From: an uncultured delta proteobacterium
Lineage (GTDB): Bacteria; Desulfobacterota; Desulfuromonadia; Geobacterales; Pseudopelobacteraceae
Reading direction: 5' to 3'
Length of the DNA: 64,000 nucleotides
Assembly (NCBI GenBank): GCA_963772835.1
Contig: CAVYYZ010000012.1
Coordinates: forward strand, 128,001-192,000
The position numbers and the translations under genes were made by a program. Shown here one piece after another: positions 21,313-30,530 of the stretch (its first letter is position 1; every line of letters starts with the position of its first letter). The notes under the pieces are model-generated. The model saw only the letters and a program-made list of their open reading frames with translations. It did not search any database and was not told where the DNA came from.

Positions 21313-22209
21313 ATGAAACACTTATATGCATTATTTATCGGCCTGCTCTGTTCATGCATGGGCTCGGCATCGTATGCGGCACAGCAGGTAAACGTGGGAC
21401 TTAACGACGTAATCGCAACAGTTGAAAAATCGTTCAAAGCCGGTAGCAGCGGGCAGGCTCCTATCAGCGACTTCACGGCAGATTTCTTACAGAACACGCA
21501 AATAATAAAAGATGGCCGTGATATGCGCGCCGACGGCGTGGTTTCGGTCAAGTTGGCCACAGCATCCTCACCGCTGATGTACCTTTTTCAGTATTTTCTC
21601 CCCTACAAACAGGAAATCGTCACTGACGGCAAATCTCTCTGGATCTATCACCCCGAAAACCGGGAAGTCATCCTGAGTGACGTCAGCACCGCCTTCACAC
21701 GCCCCGGCTTTAATCCTGACCGTGATCGGGCGGTGAATTTTCTGCAAGGGCTTGGGCGTATTTCAAATGATTTTCAGATCAATTTCGCCAGCGGCAGGAA
21801 CGACGCCTCCGGCAATTACGTGCTGGAGTTACATCCGCGGCGTGCCATGCTCAACATAAAGCGTATGCTGCTTGTAATCAGTCGTGAAAGCGTCCTTTCA
21901 TACGTGACCGGGACGACTCCTCTCACAAGCGGTCCGGCGGCGGTTTCACCCGGTTCGCGCACCGTTCCACCCTCGAACAGGACACCTTTTGGCACCCCGA
22001 CACCATTCGCAGGGATGCCGGCGTTTGGTGGTACCTCAGACCCGTTCCCGCTCCTGTCATCAAAAGTGGAAGACCAGGAGGGAAACAGCACGACGATGGA
22101 GTTCGCCAACGTGAAAATCAATAACCAACTTGCCGATTCAATCTTCAATTTCCAGATTCCGCCCGGTGTCCAGGTTGTTACACCCACCGGACGTAATCAG
22201 CCTCGCTGA
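21313..22209 (+). CDS. LolA-like outer-membrane lipoprotein carrier protein, with a Pro/Thr-rich insertion
   Basis: Signal peptide; ADFLQ, KQEIVTDGKSLWIYHPE and FNFQIPPGVQV. Confidence 0.8.
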   Translation: MKHLYALFIGLLCSCMGSASYAAQQVNVGLNDVIATVEKSFKAGSSGQAPISDFTADFLQNTQIIKDGRDMRADGVVSVKLATASSPLMYLFQYFLPYKQEIVTDGKSLWIYHPENREVILSDVSTAFTRPGFNPDRDRAVNFLQGLGRISNDFQINFASGRNDASGNYVLELHPRRAMLNIKRMLLVISRESVLSYVTGTTPLTSGPAAVSPGSRTVPPSNRTPFGTPTPFAGMPAFGGTSDPFPLLSSKVEDQEGNSTTMEFANVKINNQLADSIFNFQIPPGVQVVTPTGRNQPR

Positions 22210-22222
22210 GAAAGGCGGTACC

Positions 22223-22933
22223 ATGTTGAAAATATGTTCCCTGTTCCTGCTTCTATCGCTTTATGCGCTCCCGCTGTCAGCAGCCTCGACACCTGCAACT
22301 CTCAAGGATGTTGTTTCCGCTCTTGAAAAAGGATATGCCGGGCTGCAGGATGTTCAGGCCGATTTTTCCCAAAAAACGACTATATCCGCAGTCAACCGTG
22401 AGCAGAAAGGGAGCGGCGAAGTAATGCTAAAGCGCCCTGCATCTGCAACCGCCATGTTCCGTTTTAATTATTTCAAACCGAAACAGCAGATCATCTCCAA
22501 CGGCAAGCAGGTATGGTTTTATACACCGGAAACCAGACAGGTACTGATCAACAGTGTTGCCGCAATGTTTGCGGGGGGGAATTCAATCGCCCTGTCATAT
22601 CTGACCGGCCTCGGCCACGTCTCACGTGACTTTGACATCACCTTTGCAGCTGAACCGCAGGATAAAAACGGTAATTACCATCTTGAACTGACTCCTAAAC
22701 ATGCGAGCCCGGTTCTGACGAGACTGCAACTGACGATTTCTTCTAAAGCCGTTGAACAGCTGCAGGCGTCCGGAGAAGTCAAAAATATTTTCCCGATCGT
22801 TTCATCCATTGTCCATGATGCAGGCGGCAACAGCACACAAATTGACTACAGCCGGGCGCGGGTCAATAAAGGGCTCGACAATGGGAAATTCAACTTCAAA
22901 ATCCCGGACGGGGTTGAGGTAATAAAACTGTAG
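22223..22933 (+). CDS. lolA: LolA-like outer-membrane lipoprotein carrier protein
   Basis: Signal peptide; ADFSQKT, KQQIISNGKQVWFYTPE and FNFKIPDGVEVI. Confidence 0.85.
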   Translation: MLKICSLFLLLSLYALPLSAASTPATLKDVVSALEKGYAGLQDVQADFSQKTTISAVNREQKGSGEVMLKRPASATAMFRFNYFKPKQQIISNGKQVWFYTPETRQVLINSVAAMFAGGNSIALSYLTGLGHVSRDFDITFAAEPQDKNGNYHLELTPKHASPVLTRLQLTISSKAVEQLQASGEVKNIFPIVSSIVHDAGGNSTQIDYSRARVNKGLDNGKFNFKIPDGVEVIKL

Positions 22934-22944
22934 GCAAAGGCTTC

Positions 22945-23091
22945 ACCACGAAGGCACGAAGAACTTCAAAAGCGAAAGCTCGTAGGAAAACATGAACAGG
23001 CGCTTATCGCGTTTGTTTTATTCATTTTTTTGTTACGTCGCTCTGTACTTTAGCTGTCTTTTCTCTTCGTTTTTCTTCGTGTCTTCGTGGT
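22945..23091. repeat. 147-bp non-coding element with 19-bp terminal inverted repeats (MITE-like)
   Basis: ACCACGAAGGCACGAAGAA (22945-22963) pairs with TTCTTCGTGTCTTCGTGGT (23073-23091) at 18 of 19 positions; the arms are built from ACGAAG sub-repeats. Confidence 0.7.
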
Positions 23092-23112
23092 AAAAAAAAT
23101 CGGAGGGTAATT

Positions 23113-23598
23113 ATGCCGTCATTTGACATCGTATCAAAGGTAGACATGCAGGAGGTCGATAATGCCGTGAATCAAGCAATCAAAGAGATCGGCCAGCGCT
23201 ACGACTTCAAAGGCTCCAAATGCCAGATCACCCCTGAAAAGGACTCGGTCAAGATACTCGCGGACGATGACTACAAGCTGAAGGCAGTTGTGGATGTACT
23301 GCAGTCCAAATTCCTGAAGCGAAATATTTCGATCAAGGCATTGCAGTACGGCAAGGTTGAGCAGGCTTCGGGAGGTATGGTGCGTCAGATTATCACCGTC
23401 CAGCAGGGAATATCCAAGGAAAAGGCCAAAGACATCACCAATGCCATAAAAGAAAGCAAACTCAAGGTACAGGCTCAGATCCAGGATGATCAGGTACGGG
23501 TGATCGGTAAGAATCGGGACGACCTCCAGGACGCGATCCAGCTTTTAAAGGGTAAAGATATTGATGTAGAGATGCAGTTCACGAATTTCAGAGAGTAG
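23113..23598 (+). CDS. yajQ: YajQ family nucleotide/c-di-GMP-binding protein
   Basis: [28 protein letters not shown] and QFTNFRE. Confidence 0.96.
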   Translation: MPSFDIVSKVDMQEVDNAVNQAIKEIGQRYDFKGSKCQITPEKDSVKILADDDYKLKAVVDVLQSKFLKRNISIKALQYGKVEQASGGMVRQIITVQQGISKEKAKDITNAIKESKLKVQAQIQDDQVRVIGKNRDDLQDAIQLLKGKDIDVEMQFTNFRE

Positions 23599-23648
23599 TA
23601 CGTATACGTAAGTTATCCTGTTTATAAAGACGAGGAGCGAGGGGAATT

Positions 23649-24995
23649 TTGAGTACAATATCTAGACAGAAAGTAAGCATGGTCAGCCTCGGCTGCCCCA
23701 AAAACCTGGTAGATGCAGAAGTCATGCTGGGGGTGCTCTCTAAGCAGGACTACGAAATCACCATGAACGAGAAGGATGCCGATGTCATTATTGTCAATAC
23801 CTGCTCATTCATAAAGGAAGCCAAGCAGGAAAGTATCGACGCAATCCTTGATCTGGCGGAACGGAAGCACGATGGGCGCTGCCACACTCTGATCGTATCC
23901 GGCTGCCTTCCTCAGCGCTATCAGGAGGAGCTGGCGAAAGAACTGCCGGAGGTCGATATTTTCATCGGTACCGGCGACTACCCCCGTATCGCCGAGATTC
24001 TGGCCGAAAAGAGCGGCACTGAAGGACAGTTGCGCTATATCGGTGATCCCGATTTCATTTATGATGAAACTTTGCCGCGATTGAACTCCTCCCCCGCCTG
24101 GTTTTCGTATCTCAAGATCGGTGAGGGATGCTCCAACTGCTGTTCATACTGCATCATCCCTAAACTGAGAGGGGCCTACCGCTCACGTCCAATCGACGCT
24201 TTGGTGGCTGAGGCCGAGAGGCTGGTAGCCCGGGGAGTCAAGGAGATCAACATCATTTCCCAGGACATTACCCGTTACGGCAGTGACATGGATGACGGAA
24301 CCACGCTTGAAGCACTTGTCCAGCGGCTGGCTGCGATTGAGGGTCTGCGTTGGATACGGCTGCTCTACGCGTATCCGGACGGGATAACCGACAGCCTTAT
24401 TGCTTTGATACGGGATGAGCCAAAGGTTTGCAAGTACCTGGATATTCCTATCCAGCACATTTCCGATCCGGTGTTGAAAGCAATGAAACGCCGGAGTTCT
24501 GAGCAGCAGATTCGTGACCTGATCGCCAAGCTGCGCAGTGAAATTCCCGGGATCGCACTGCGCACATCGCTGATCGTGGGCTTTCCGGGTGAGACTCTCG
24601 AAGACTTTACGACCCTGACTCATTTTGTTGAGCAGACCCGCTTTGACCGTCTGGGGGTTTTCTGCTATTCCAGAGAAGAAGGCACGCCCGCGGCAGAGAT
24701 GCCTGAACAGGTATCAGAGCGTGTCAAACGTGAACGGTACCGCAAGCTGATGCGCGCCCAGGCGCGGCTTTCCTTCCGTCACAACCGCACACTGATCGGA
24801 ACGACCGAACAGGTTATTGTAGAGGGGTACAGCGAAGAGACGGAACTGCTGCTCAAAGGGCGTTCATCCCGACAGGCTCCTGACATCGACGGTCAGGTGT
24901 ATATTACCTCCGGGACCGCTGATATCGGCACCATTATCACGCTCAAAATTACCGACTCATCAGATTATGACCTGATCGGCGAAATGGTGGAATAG
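23649..24995 (+). CDS. rimO: Ribosomal protein S12 methylthiotransferase
   Basis: [22 protein letters not shown], and APDIDG in the TRAM domain. Confidence 0.95.
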   Translation: MSTISRQKVSMVSLGCPKNLVDAEVMLGVLSKQDYEITMNEKDADVIIVNTCSFIKEAKQESIDAILDLAERKHDGRCHTLIVSGCLPQRYQEELAKELPEVDIFIGTGDYPRIAEILAEKSGTEGQLRYIGDPDFIYDETLPRLNSSPAWFSYLKIGEGCSNCCSYCIIPKLRGAYRSRPIDALVAEAERLVARGVKEINIISQDITRYGSDMDDGTTLEALVQRLAAIEGLRWIRLLYAYPDGITDSLIALIRDEPKVCKYLDIPIQHISDPVLKAMKRRSSEQQIRDLIAKLRSEIPGIALRTSLIVGFPGETLEDFTTLTHFVEQTRFDRLGVFCYSREEGTPAAEMPEQVSERVKRERYRKLMRAQARLSFRHNRTLIGTTEQVIVEGYSEETELLLKGRSSRQAPDIDGQVYITSGTADIGTIITLKITDSSDYDLIGEMVE

Positions 24996-25005
24996 CCGGG
25001 CTCCC

Positions 25006-26418
25006 ATGAAACTAAACGCCAAACTGATCATCATCATGCTCTCGCTGCTGGTACTTGCCCTGCTGACACTCTTCATCCTCAACCAGTTTGCCCAGACCGA
25101 CCTGGTGAACGAAATTCAGGATAGCTCTCAGGAGATCTCGAAGGCGATTCAGATGAGTATCGAGGATCTCACCTCAGAAGCCGAAACCTCCCGCCTGACA
25201 GATTATTTATCAAAGGCCCGCGAAAAGGGTATCAACGAGATAAACATCATTAATACGGAAGGGGAGATTATCGACTCTTCCGATCCTGACAAGATCGGCA
25301 AGAAACGCGAACTGAAAAAACTGGAGAAGGGTGTCCATGCCGTACAGCGACCGGTTGGCGGTGCTATGCTCTCTCAGAAGCCGTATGAAGTTGTGGTCCC
25401 GGTTATTGTCGGAGATGAGCAGTTGGGGTATGTCCAGATAAATATGCTCTTGGACAATATTCGCGACATACAACGGGCCAATTTTGTCCGCCGCCTGTTC
25501 GCAACCGGCATGGTTTTCACCGTCGGCATGGCACTGATCATCTTTCTCGCCCGCCGCTACACAACCCCTATCAAAAACCTGGTGGAGGATTTTAATCGGG
25601 TCTCGGCAGGCGACCTGTCAGTGACAATTCCGGTGGAAAGTAACGACGAAATCGGAGAGATGGCGGAAGGCTTCAACAACATGGTTGAAAAATTGCGTGA
25701 GCGGGAAGCGCTGGAAAAACGCCTCTATGAGGCCGAACACCTCTCACGTGTCGGGCAACTTGCGGCAGGTATTGCCCATGAGATTCGTAATCCTCTTAAT
25801 TATATCAGTCTGGCGATTGATCACCTCAAAACCGAGATGCTCCCCTGCTGTGGTGATAAATGCTCCGAACTGGAGGAATTGACTGATAAAATAAAGGAAG
25901 AGGTGCGCCGCGCAAATTATATGGTGGTCAACTTCATGAACTATGGCCGGCCTCTTAAGTTGCGCCGGACGGATGTCGTCTATCGTGAGTTGCTGGCCAA
26001 GGTTCTTCCGGTTTTGCAGGATCGGTTAACGGAACAACGGGTAATCGTCGACCAGCTGATTCCGTCTGATCTTCCGCCACTCTGGATTGATGGCGAGCTC
26101 TTTCGGAACTGCATCCTTAACTTTGTTACAAACGCTTCCCAGGCGATGCCGGACGGCGGCACGATAACTATCGGGGCGCAGCGGGAAGGTGATCAGGTGA
26201 AGCTTACCTTCAGTGACCAGGGGTGTGGTATCTATCCTGATGATCTCGGGAAAATATTTCAGCCCTATTTCACAACGAAAGATGTCGGTATCGGCCTGGG
26301 ACTGGCTATTACCGAACGAATCATCAAGGAGCATGGCGGCAGCATAGAGGTTGAAAGCACAGTTGGCTGTGGAACGACCATTACAGTTTGGCTGCCGCAG
26401 CAGCCCGCGGAATCCTGA
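25006..26418 (+). CDS. Membrane HAMP-domain sensor histidine kinase (NtrB-like)
   Basis: Two TM segments, HAMP, AHEIRNPL, FQPYFTTK and GLGLAI. Confidence 0.92.
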   Translation: MKLNAKLIIIMLSLLVLALLTLFILNQFAQTDLVNEIQDSSQEISKAIQMSIEDLTSEAETSRLTDYLSKAREKGINEINIINTEGEIIDSSDPDKIGKKRELKKLEKGVHAVQRPVGGAMLSQKPYEVVVPVIVGDEQLGYVQINMLLDNIRDIQRANFVRRLFATGMVFTVGMALIIFLARRYTTPIKNLVEDFNRVSAGDLSVTIPVESNDEIGEMAEGFNNMVEKLREREALEKRLYEAEHLSRVGQLAAGIAHEIRNPLNYISLAIDHLKTEMLPCCGDKCSELEELTDKIKEEVRRANYMVVNFMNYGRPLKLRRTDVVYRELLAKVLPVLQDRLTEQRVIVDQLIPSDLPPLWIDGELFRNCILNFVTNASQAMPDGGTITIGAQREGDQVKLTFSDQGCGIYPDDLGKIFQPYFTTKDVGIGLGLAITERIIKEHGGSIEVESTVGCGTTITVWLPQQPAES

Positions 26419-26424
26419 GGAACT

Positions 26425-27822
26425 ATGAAAAACACCGGCAGCATACTGATCGTTGATGATGAAAAGGGGCAGCGGGATATTCTCAGCCTGATCCTGAAAA
26501 AAGAGAGCTACGATGTTGTAGATGTGCCAGGCGTGCGCGAAGCACTGGAACAGCTTGAAAAGCGCGAGTTTGACCTGATCATGACAGACCTCAAGATGCA
26601 GGGGCAGAGCGGACTTGATCTGCTCGAAAAAGTGCTGACAGATGACCCGCAACAGTGCATCATCATGATGACAGCCCACGGTTCGGTTGATTCGGCCGTT
26701 GAAGCCATGCGCAAGGGAGCCTTCGATTATCTTGAAAAACCGCTGGAGCGGGATAACCTGGTGTTGACCCTGCTGCGAGCATTCGAGCGCATCTGCCTCC
26801 TGCGCGAAAACCGGGTACTGCAGAAGCGTATAGAATCGATCGCTACGATCCCCAATATGCAGGGGGAACACCCGAAAATGAAAGAGGTTTTCCGGGTCGT
26901 TGCCAAAATTTCCCATTCAAATTCTACCGTCCTGATCGTCGGTGAATCAGGGACCGGCAAGGAGTTGATAGCCCGGGCGATTCACGATGGAAGTCCACGC
27001 CGCGACATGCCGTTTATCGCTATCAACTGCGCCGCAATTCCTGACACACTGATCGAAAGCGAACTGTTCGGCCACGAAAAAGGGAGTTTTACCGGAGCAA
27101 ATGCCCGCGAAATCGGCATCTTTGAAGCGGCTAACGGCGGCACGGTGTTCCTGGACGAAATCGGGGAGATGAACGTATCAATGCAGGCAAAGCTTCTGCG
27201 GGCCATCCAGGAAAAAGAGGTCCGCAGGGTTGGCGGAAAGATTAATATCGGGCTTGATGTCCGTCTGGTATCGGCAACCAACAAAGAGCTTGAGCAGGAG
27301 ATTAAAAAAGGTACTTTTCGTGAGGATCTGTTCTATCGACTGAACGTTATCCGCGTCAATCTCCCGCCTCTCCGCGAGAGGGGAAACGACATCAAAACCC
27401 TGGCAGAATTCTTCCTTGAAAAGTACAGTAAGGCTGCCGGAATTTCGATGGACGGCATCTCGAAACAGGCATTTAAACTGTTGATGAACTACAGCTGGCC
27501 CGGCAATGTCCGTCAACTTGAGTCGGTAATCGAACGTTCTGTATTGATGGCAGAAAGCAACTATATCGAGCCGGACGATCTACCAACCGAGCTCGCCGCC
27601 GGCTGTTCTTTGACCGGCGGTGTGAATTTCGACCTTCCGCCGGAGGGGATCGATTTTGAGGCGCTTGAAAAAGGCCTTATAATAAAAGCAATGGAACGGG
27701 CAGAATGGGTCATCGGTAAAGCGGCTACTCTTCTGGGGATGAGCTACAAGACCCTGCAATATCGTCTTGACAAGTTTGAGATTGTACGCCCTGATAAACG
27801 ATCAAACAGCAGGTATATCTGA
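26425..27822 (+). CDS. Sigma54-dependent response regulator (NtrC family)
   Basis: REC domain, GESGTGKE, GSFTGA loop, WPGNVRQL, Fis-type HTH. Confidence 0.95.
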   Translation: MKNTGSILIVDDEKGQRDILSLILKKESYDVVDVPGVREALEQLEKREFDLIMTDLKMQGQSGLDLLEKVLTDDPQQCIIMMTAHGSVDSAVEAMRKGAFDYLEKPLERDNLVLTLLRAFERICLLRENRVLQKRIESIATIPNMQGEHPKMKEVFRVVAKISHSNSTVLIVGESGTGKELIARAIHDGSPRRDMPFIAINCAAIPDTLIESELFGHEKGSFTGANAREIGIFEAANGGTVFLDEIGEMNVSMQAKLLRAIQEKEVRRVGGKINIGLDVRLVSATNKELEQEIKKGTFREDLFYRLNVIRVNLPPLRERGNDIKTLAEFFLEKYSKAAGISMDGISKQAFKLLMNYSWPGNVRQLESVIERSVLMAESNYIEPDDLPTELAAGCSLTGGVNFDLPPEGIDFEALEKGLIIKAMERAEWVIGKAATLLGMSYKTLQYRLDKFEIVRPDKRSNSRYI

Positions 27823-27851
27823 TACTGCAGCTGAAGCATGGAGCAGACATA

Positions 27852-29108
27852 ATGAATATTACAGAAAAGGTCATAAAAATTTCACAGGATGCCCGTCAGG
27901 CATCGCTGGATATGGCACGCCTGTCAACAACCTCAAAAAACACCATGTTACTGAGAATGGCGGATGCACTTGAACGCGCAGCTGCGGAACTCGTTGCGGA
28001 AAATAAAAAGGACCTCGCTGTTGGACAGCAGAAGGGACTTTCAGCAGCCATGCTGGATCGACTGCTGCTTGATGATGGTCGCATCCGCGGGATCGCCGCT
28101 GCCCTGCGTGAGATTGCTGCGCTACCTGATCCCGTCGGTGAAGTCACAAAAATGTGGAAGCGCCCCAATGAGTTGATGGTCGGCAAGATGCGTATTCCGC
28201 TCGGCACAATAGGAATCATCTATGAATCACGGCCTAACGTGACCGCAGATGCCGCCGCTCTCTGCCTTAAGGCCGGAAATGCAGTGATCCTGCGGGGAGG
28301 TTCAGAAGCGATCAATTCCAATCTGGCCATTGCTGCGGTTCTGCAGGGCGTACTGAAAGAAATGAATATCCCTGAAGCGGCCCTGTCACTTATTCCGTTC
28401 ACCGAGCGCGAGGGGGTGCTGGAGATGCTCAGGCAGGAAGAGTCAATCGATCTCATCATCCCGCGCGGCGGAGAAAGCCTTATCCGGTTTGTGGTTGAAA
28501 ACTCTCGAATTCCGGTCATAAAGCATTACAAGGGAGTCTGCCACATCTTTGTTGATACGTCGGCCGACTTCGATATGGCGGAGCAGATAATTATCAACAG
28601 CAAGACCCAGCGCCCCGGCGTATGTAATGCGCTTGAAACGCTTTTGATTCATCGCGATGTGGCGGCTGAATTCATACCGAAAATTGCCGCCACTCTCTCT
28701 GCATTGGGTGTAGAACTGCGCGGTGATGCCGCATTCTGCACCTATTCACCGACCTCAACTCCGGCAACGGAAGATGATTGGTATACCGAATATCTGGAAT
28801 TGATCCTGGCCTGCCGGGTGGTCGATGACCTTGATGCCGCTATCGCCCACATTAACCGCTACTGTTCTCTACACACCGAGTCGATTATTACCAGTGACTA
28901 CAGCCGCGCCCAGCGTTTCATTCGCGAAGTCAATTCTTCCTGCGTGATGGTCAACGCTTCAACCCGTTTTGCCGATGGCGGCCAACTCGGCCTGGGGGCT
29001 GAAATCGGCATCTCAACCACCAAGCTGCACTCGTTCGGACCGATGGGTCTGGAGGATTTGACCACTACCAAGTTCATTGTCTATGGTGACGGCCAGATCC
29101 GGGAGTAA
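27852..29108 (+). CDS. proA: Gamma-glutamyl phosphate reductase
   Basis: Motifs IIYESRPNVT, CNALETLL and GAEIGISTTKLH. Confidence 0.97.
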   Translation: MNITEKVIKISQDARQASLDMARLSTTSKNTMLLRMADALERAAAELVAENKKDLAVGQQKGLSAAMLDRLLLDDGRIRGIAAALREIAALPDPVGEVTKMWKRPNELMVGKMRIPLGTIGIIYESRPNVTADAAALCLKAGNAVILRGGSEAINSNLAIAAVLQGVLKEMNIPEAALSLIPFTEREGVLEMLRQEESIDLIIPRGGESLIRFVVENSRIPVIKHYKGVCHIFVDTSADFDMAEQIIINSKTQRPGVCNALETLLIHRDVAAEFIPKIAATLSALGVELRGDAAFCTYSPTSTPATEDDWYTEYLELILACRVVDDLDAAIAHINRYCSLHTESIITSDYSRAQRFIREVNSSCVMVNASTRFADGGQLGLGAEIGISTTKLHSFGPMGLEDLTTTKFIVYGDGQIRE

Positions 29109-29130
29109 TTTCACAGACAAGGAGCAGGTT

Positions 29131-29535
29131 ATGACTATTCAGGAGCAGATCCGGCAGTTCCTCACTTCTCCCGCTTTCGGGGTGGTCGGCGCATCAAGCA
29201 ACCGCGAAAAATACGGCAACAAGGTGTTACGCTGCTATCAGCAGAATGGCAAAAAGGTCATTCCCGTCAATCCCAATGAAGCGGTAATCGAAGGAATCGC
29301 CTGCGTAGCCACGATCAGTGACTTGTCGCCAGATGTTAAAAGTATATCAATGATCACCCCACCTGCTGTCACCGCGCGGCTGGTGCCGCTGGCAATCGAA
29401 AAAGGAATCAAAAACATCTGGATGCAGCCTGGAGCCGAGCATCCCGATGCGGTGTCACTCTGTCGCGAACGGGGGATCAACGTCATCGCCGACGGCAGCT
29501 GCCTGTTGGTCGTTATGGGATATCATGAACACTGA
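29131..29535 (+). CDS. CoA-binding protein (YccU-like)
   Basis: VVGASSNREKYG, IPVNP and IWMQPGAE. Confidence 0.9.
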   Translation: MTIQEQIRQFLTSPAFGVVGASSNREKYGNKVLRCYQQNGKKVIPVNPNEAVIEGIACVATISDLSPDVKSISMITPPAVTARLVPLAIEKGIKNIWMQPGAEHPDAVSLCRERGINVIADGSCLLVVMGYHEH

Positions 29536-29802
29536 CCCGCCGTGCAGTGTTTGAACGGACAACCTGACCCTGTTTTTAGTTTTTGGCGATTTTATCATTT
29601 ATATAATAACTGTTTAGCAACTGCTTCCCTTCTCCGTCATATTAATCCCAACAGAAATACTTTATAATATTTAATATAATAATATCGGGAGATTGCAATA
29701 CATTTTATTATAAAAAATTGTTTTGCAATCTCCCCGAATATGTTTTATTGTCCTTTCAGAGACGATAAATATGCATCAAATGAGTTAACTGGCAGGTACG
29801 GT

Positions 29803-30519
29803 ATGGCACAACCGGCATTACAAGCGGAACAGCATGGATTTGTCGGTGCGGTCAGCGGATTGTCGCTGGCTGATATCATTCAAGTCAAAGGCGGCAACCG
29901 ATATTCGGGGTGCCTGGTTGTAGAGCACATGAATAAAAGCGGAGTTGTTTATTTCCGCGATGGGGAAATTATCCATGCCGAACAGGATTCCCTTGATGGA
30001 GAAGAGGCATTCTACGTTGTTATGGCGTGGGCCGGGGGGTCGTTCCGGAGCGAGCCGAAGCTCTCCACTACCAGCCGGACTATCGACCAATCGTTAGGGT
30101 TTCTGATTCTTGAGGCGCTCCGCCGCATGGATGAGGCAAAAAAACGTTCGCAACAGAGAGAAGGAGCTGAAGCCGTTCCTTCCAGGGAGGATGCAGGTAT
30201 GAGTGATATCAGTACAAAACTTTCTGTCATTCCGGAAATTGAGAAGGCGCTCATTATGACAAAAGACGGGGTCGTCGTTGATGACACTTCATATCAGGCC
30301 GAGCTTCTCGGGGCCAACGGACTTTTTTTGGCTCTTTTTTCGGAGCAGATCGGGTCTCAGTTCGGCGTCGGTGGATTCAAAGCTTCTACGGTACATGGCA
30401 CCGAGCACCATCTGTTCCTTTTCGATTCCAAACGGCACCATCTCTGCATTACGGCTAAAGGGAGCGCCAATGTAAATTCGCTTGATTCAGAGATCCGTCG
30501 AGTAATAGGCCAGAAATAG
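29803..30519 (+). CDS. DUF4388 (PatA_N-like) domain fused to a roadblock-like domain
   Basis: N-terminal GAVSGLSLADIIQ...GVVYFRDGEIIHA...GEEAFY...W.GGSF...LILEALRRMDE; C-terminal ~105 aa with a roadblock-like pattern (ALIMTKDGVVV). Confidence 0.75.
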   Translation: MAQPALQAEQHGFVGAVSGLSLADIIQVKGGNRYSGCLVVEHMNKSGVVYFRDGEIIHAEQDSLDGEEAFYVVMAWAGGSFRSEPKLSTTSRTIDQSLGFLILEALRRMDEAKKRSQQREGAEAVPSREDAGMSDISTKLSVIPEIEKALIMTKDGVVVDDTSYQAELLGANGLFLALFSEQIGSQFGVGGFKASTVHGTEHHLFLFDSKRHHLCITAKGSANVNSLDSEIRRVIGQK

Positions 30520-30530
30520 GGGGAATATAG

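Noticed and set aside
21216..21404. 62-aa ORF starting inside repeat 2, and minus-strand ORF 20973..21560 across the repeats
   Set aside because: No RBS or recognisable motifs, and both overlap real genes.
26026..26916. 296-aa minus-strand ORF
   Set aside because: Antisense shadow of the kinase and response-regulator genes.
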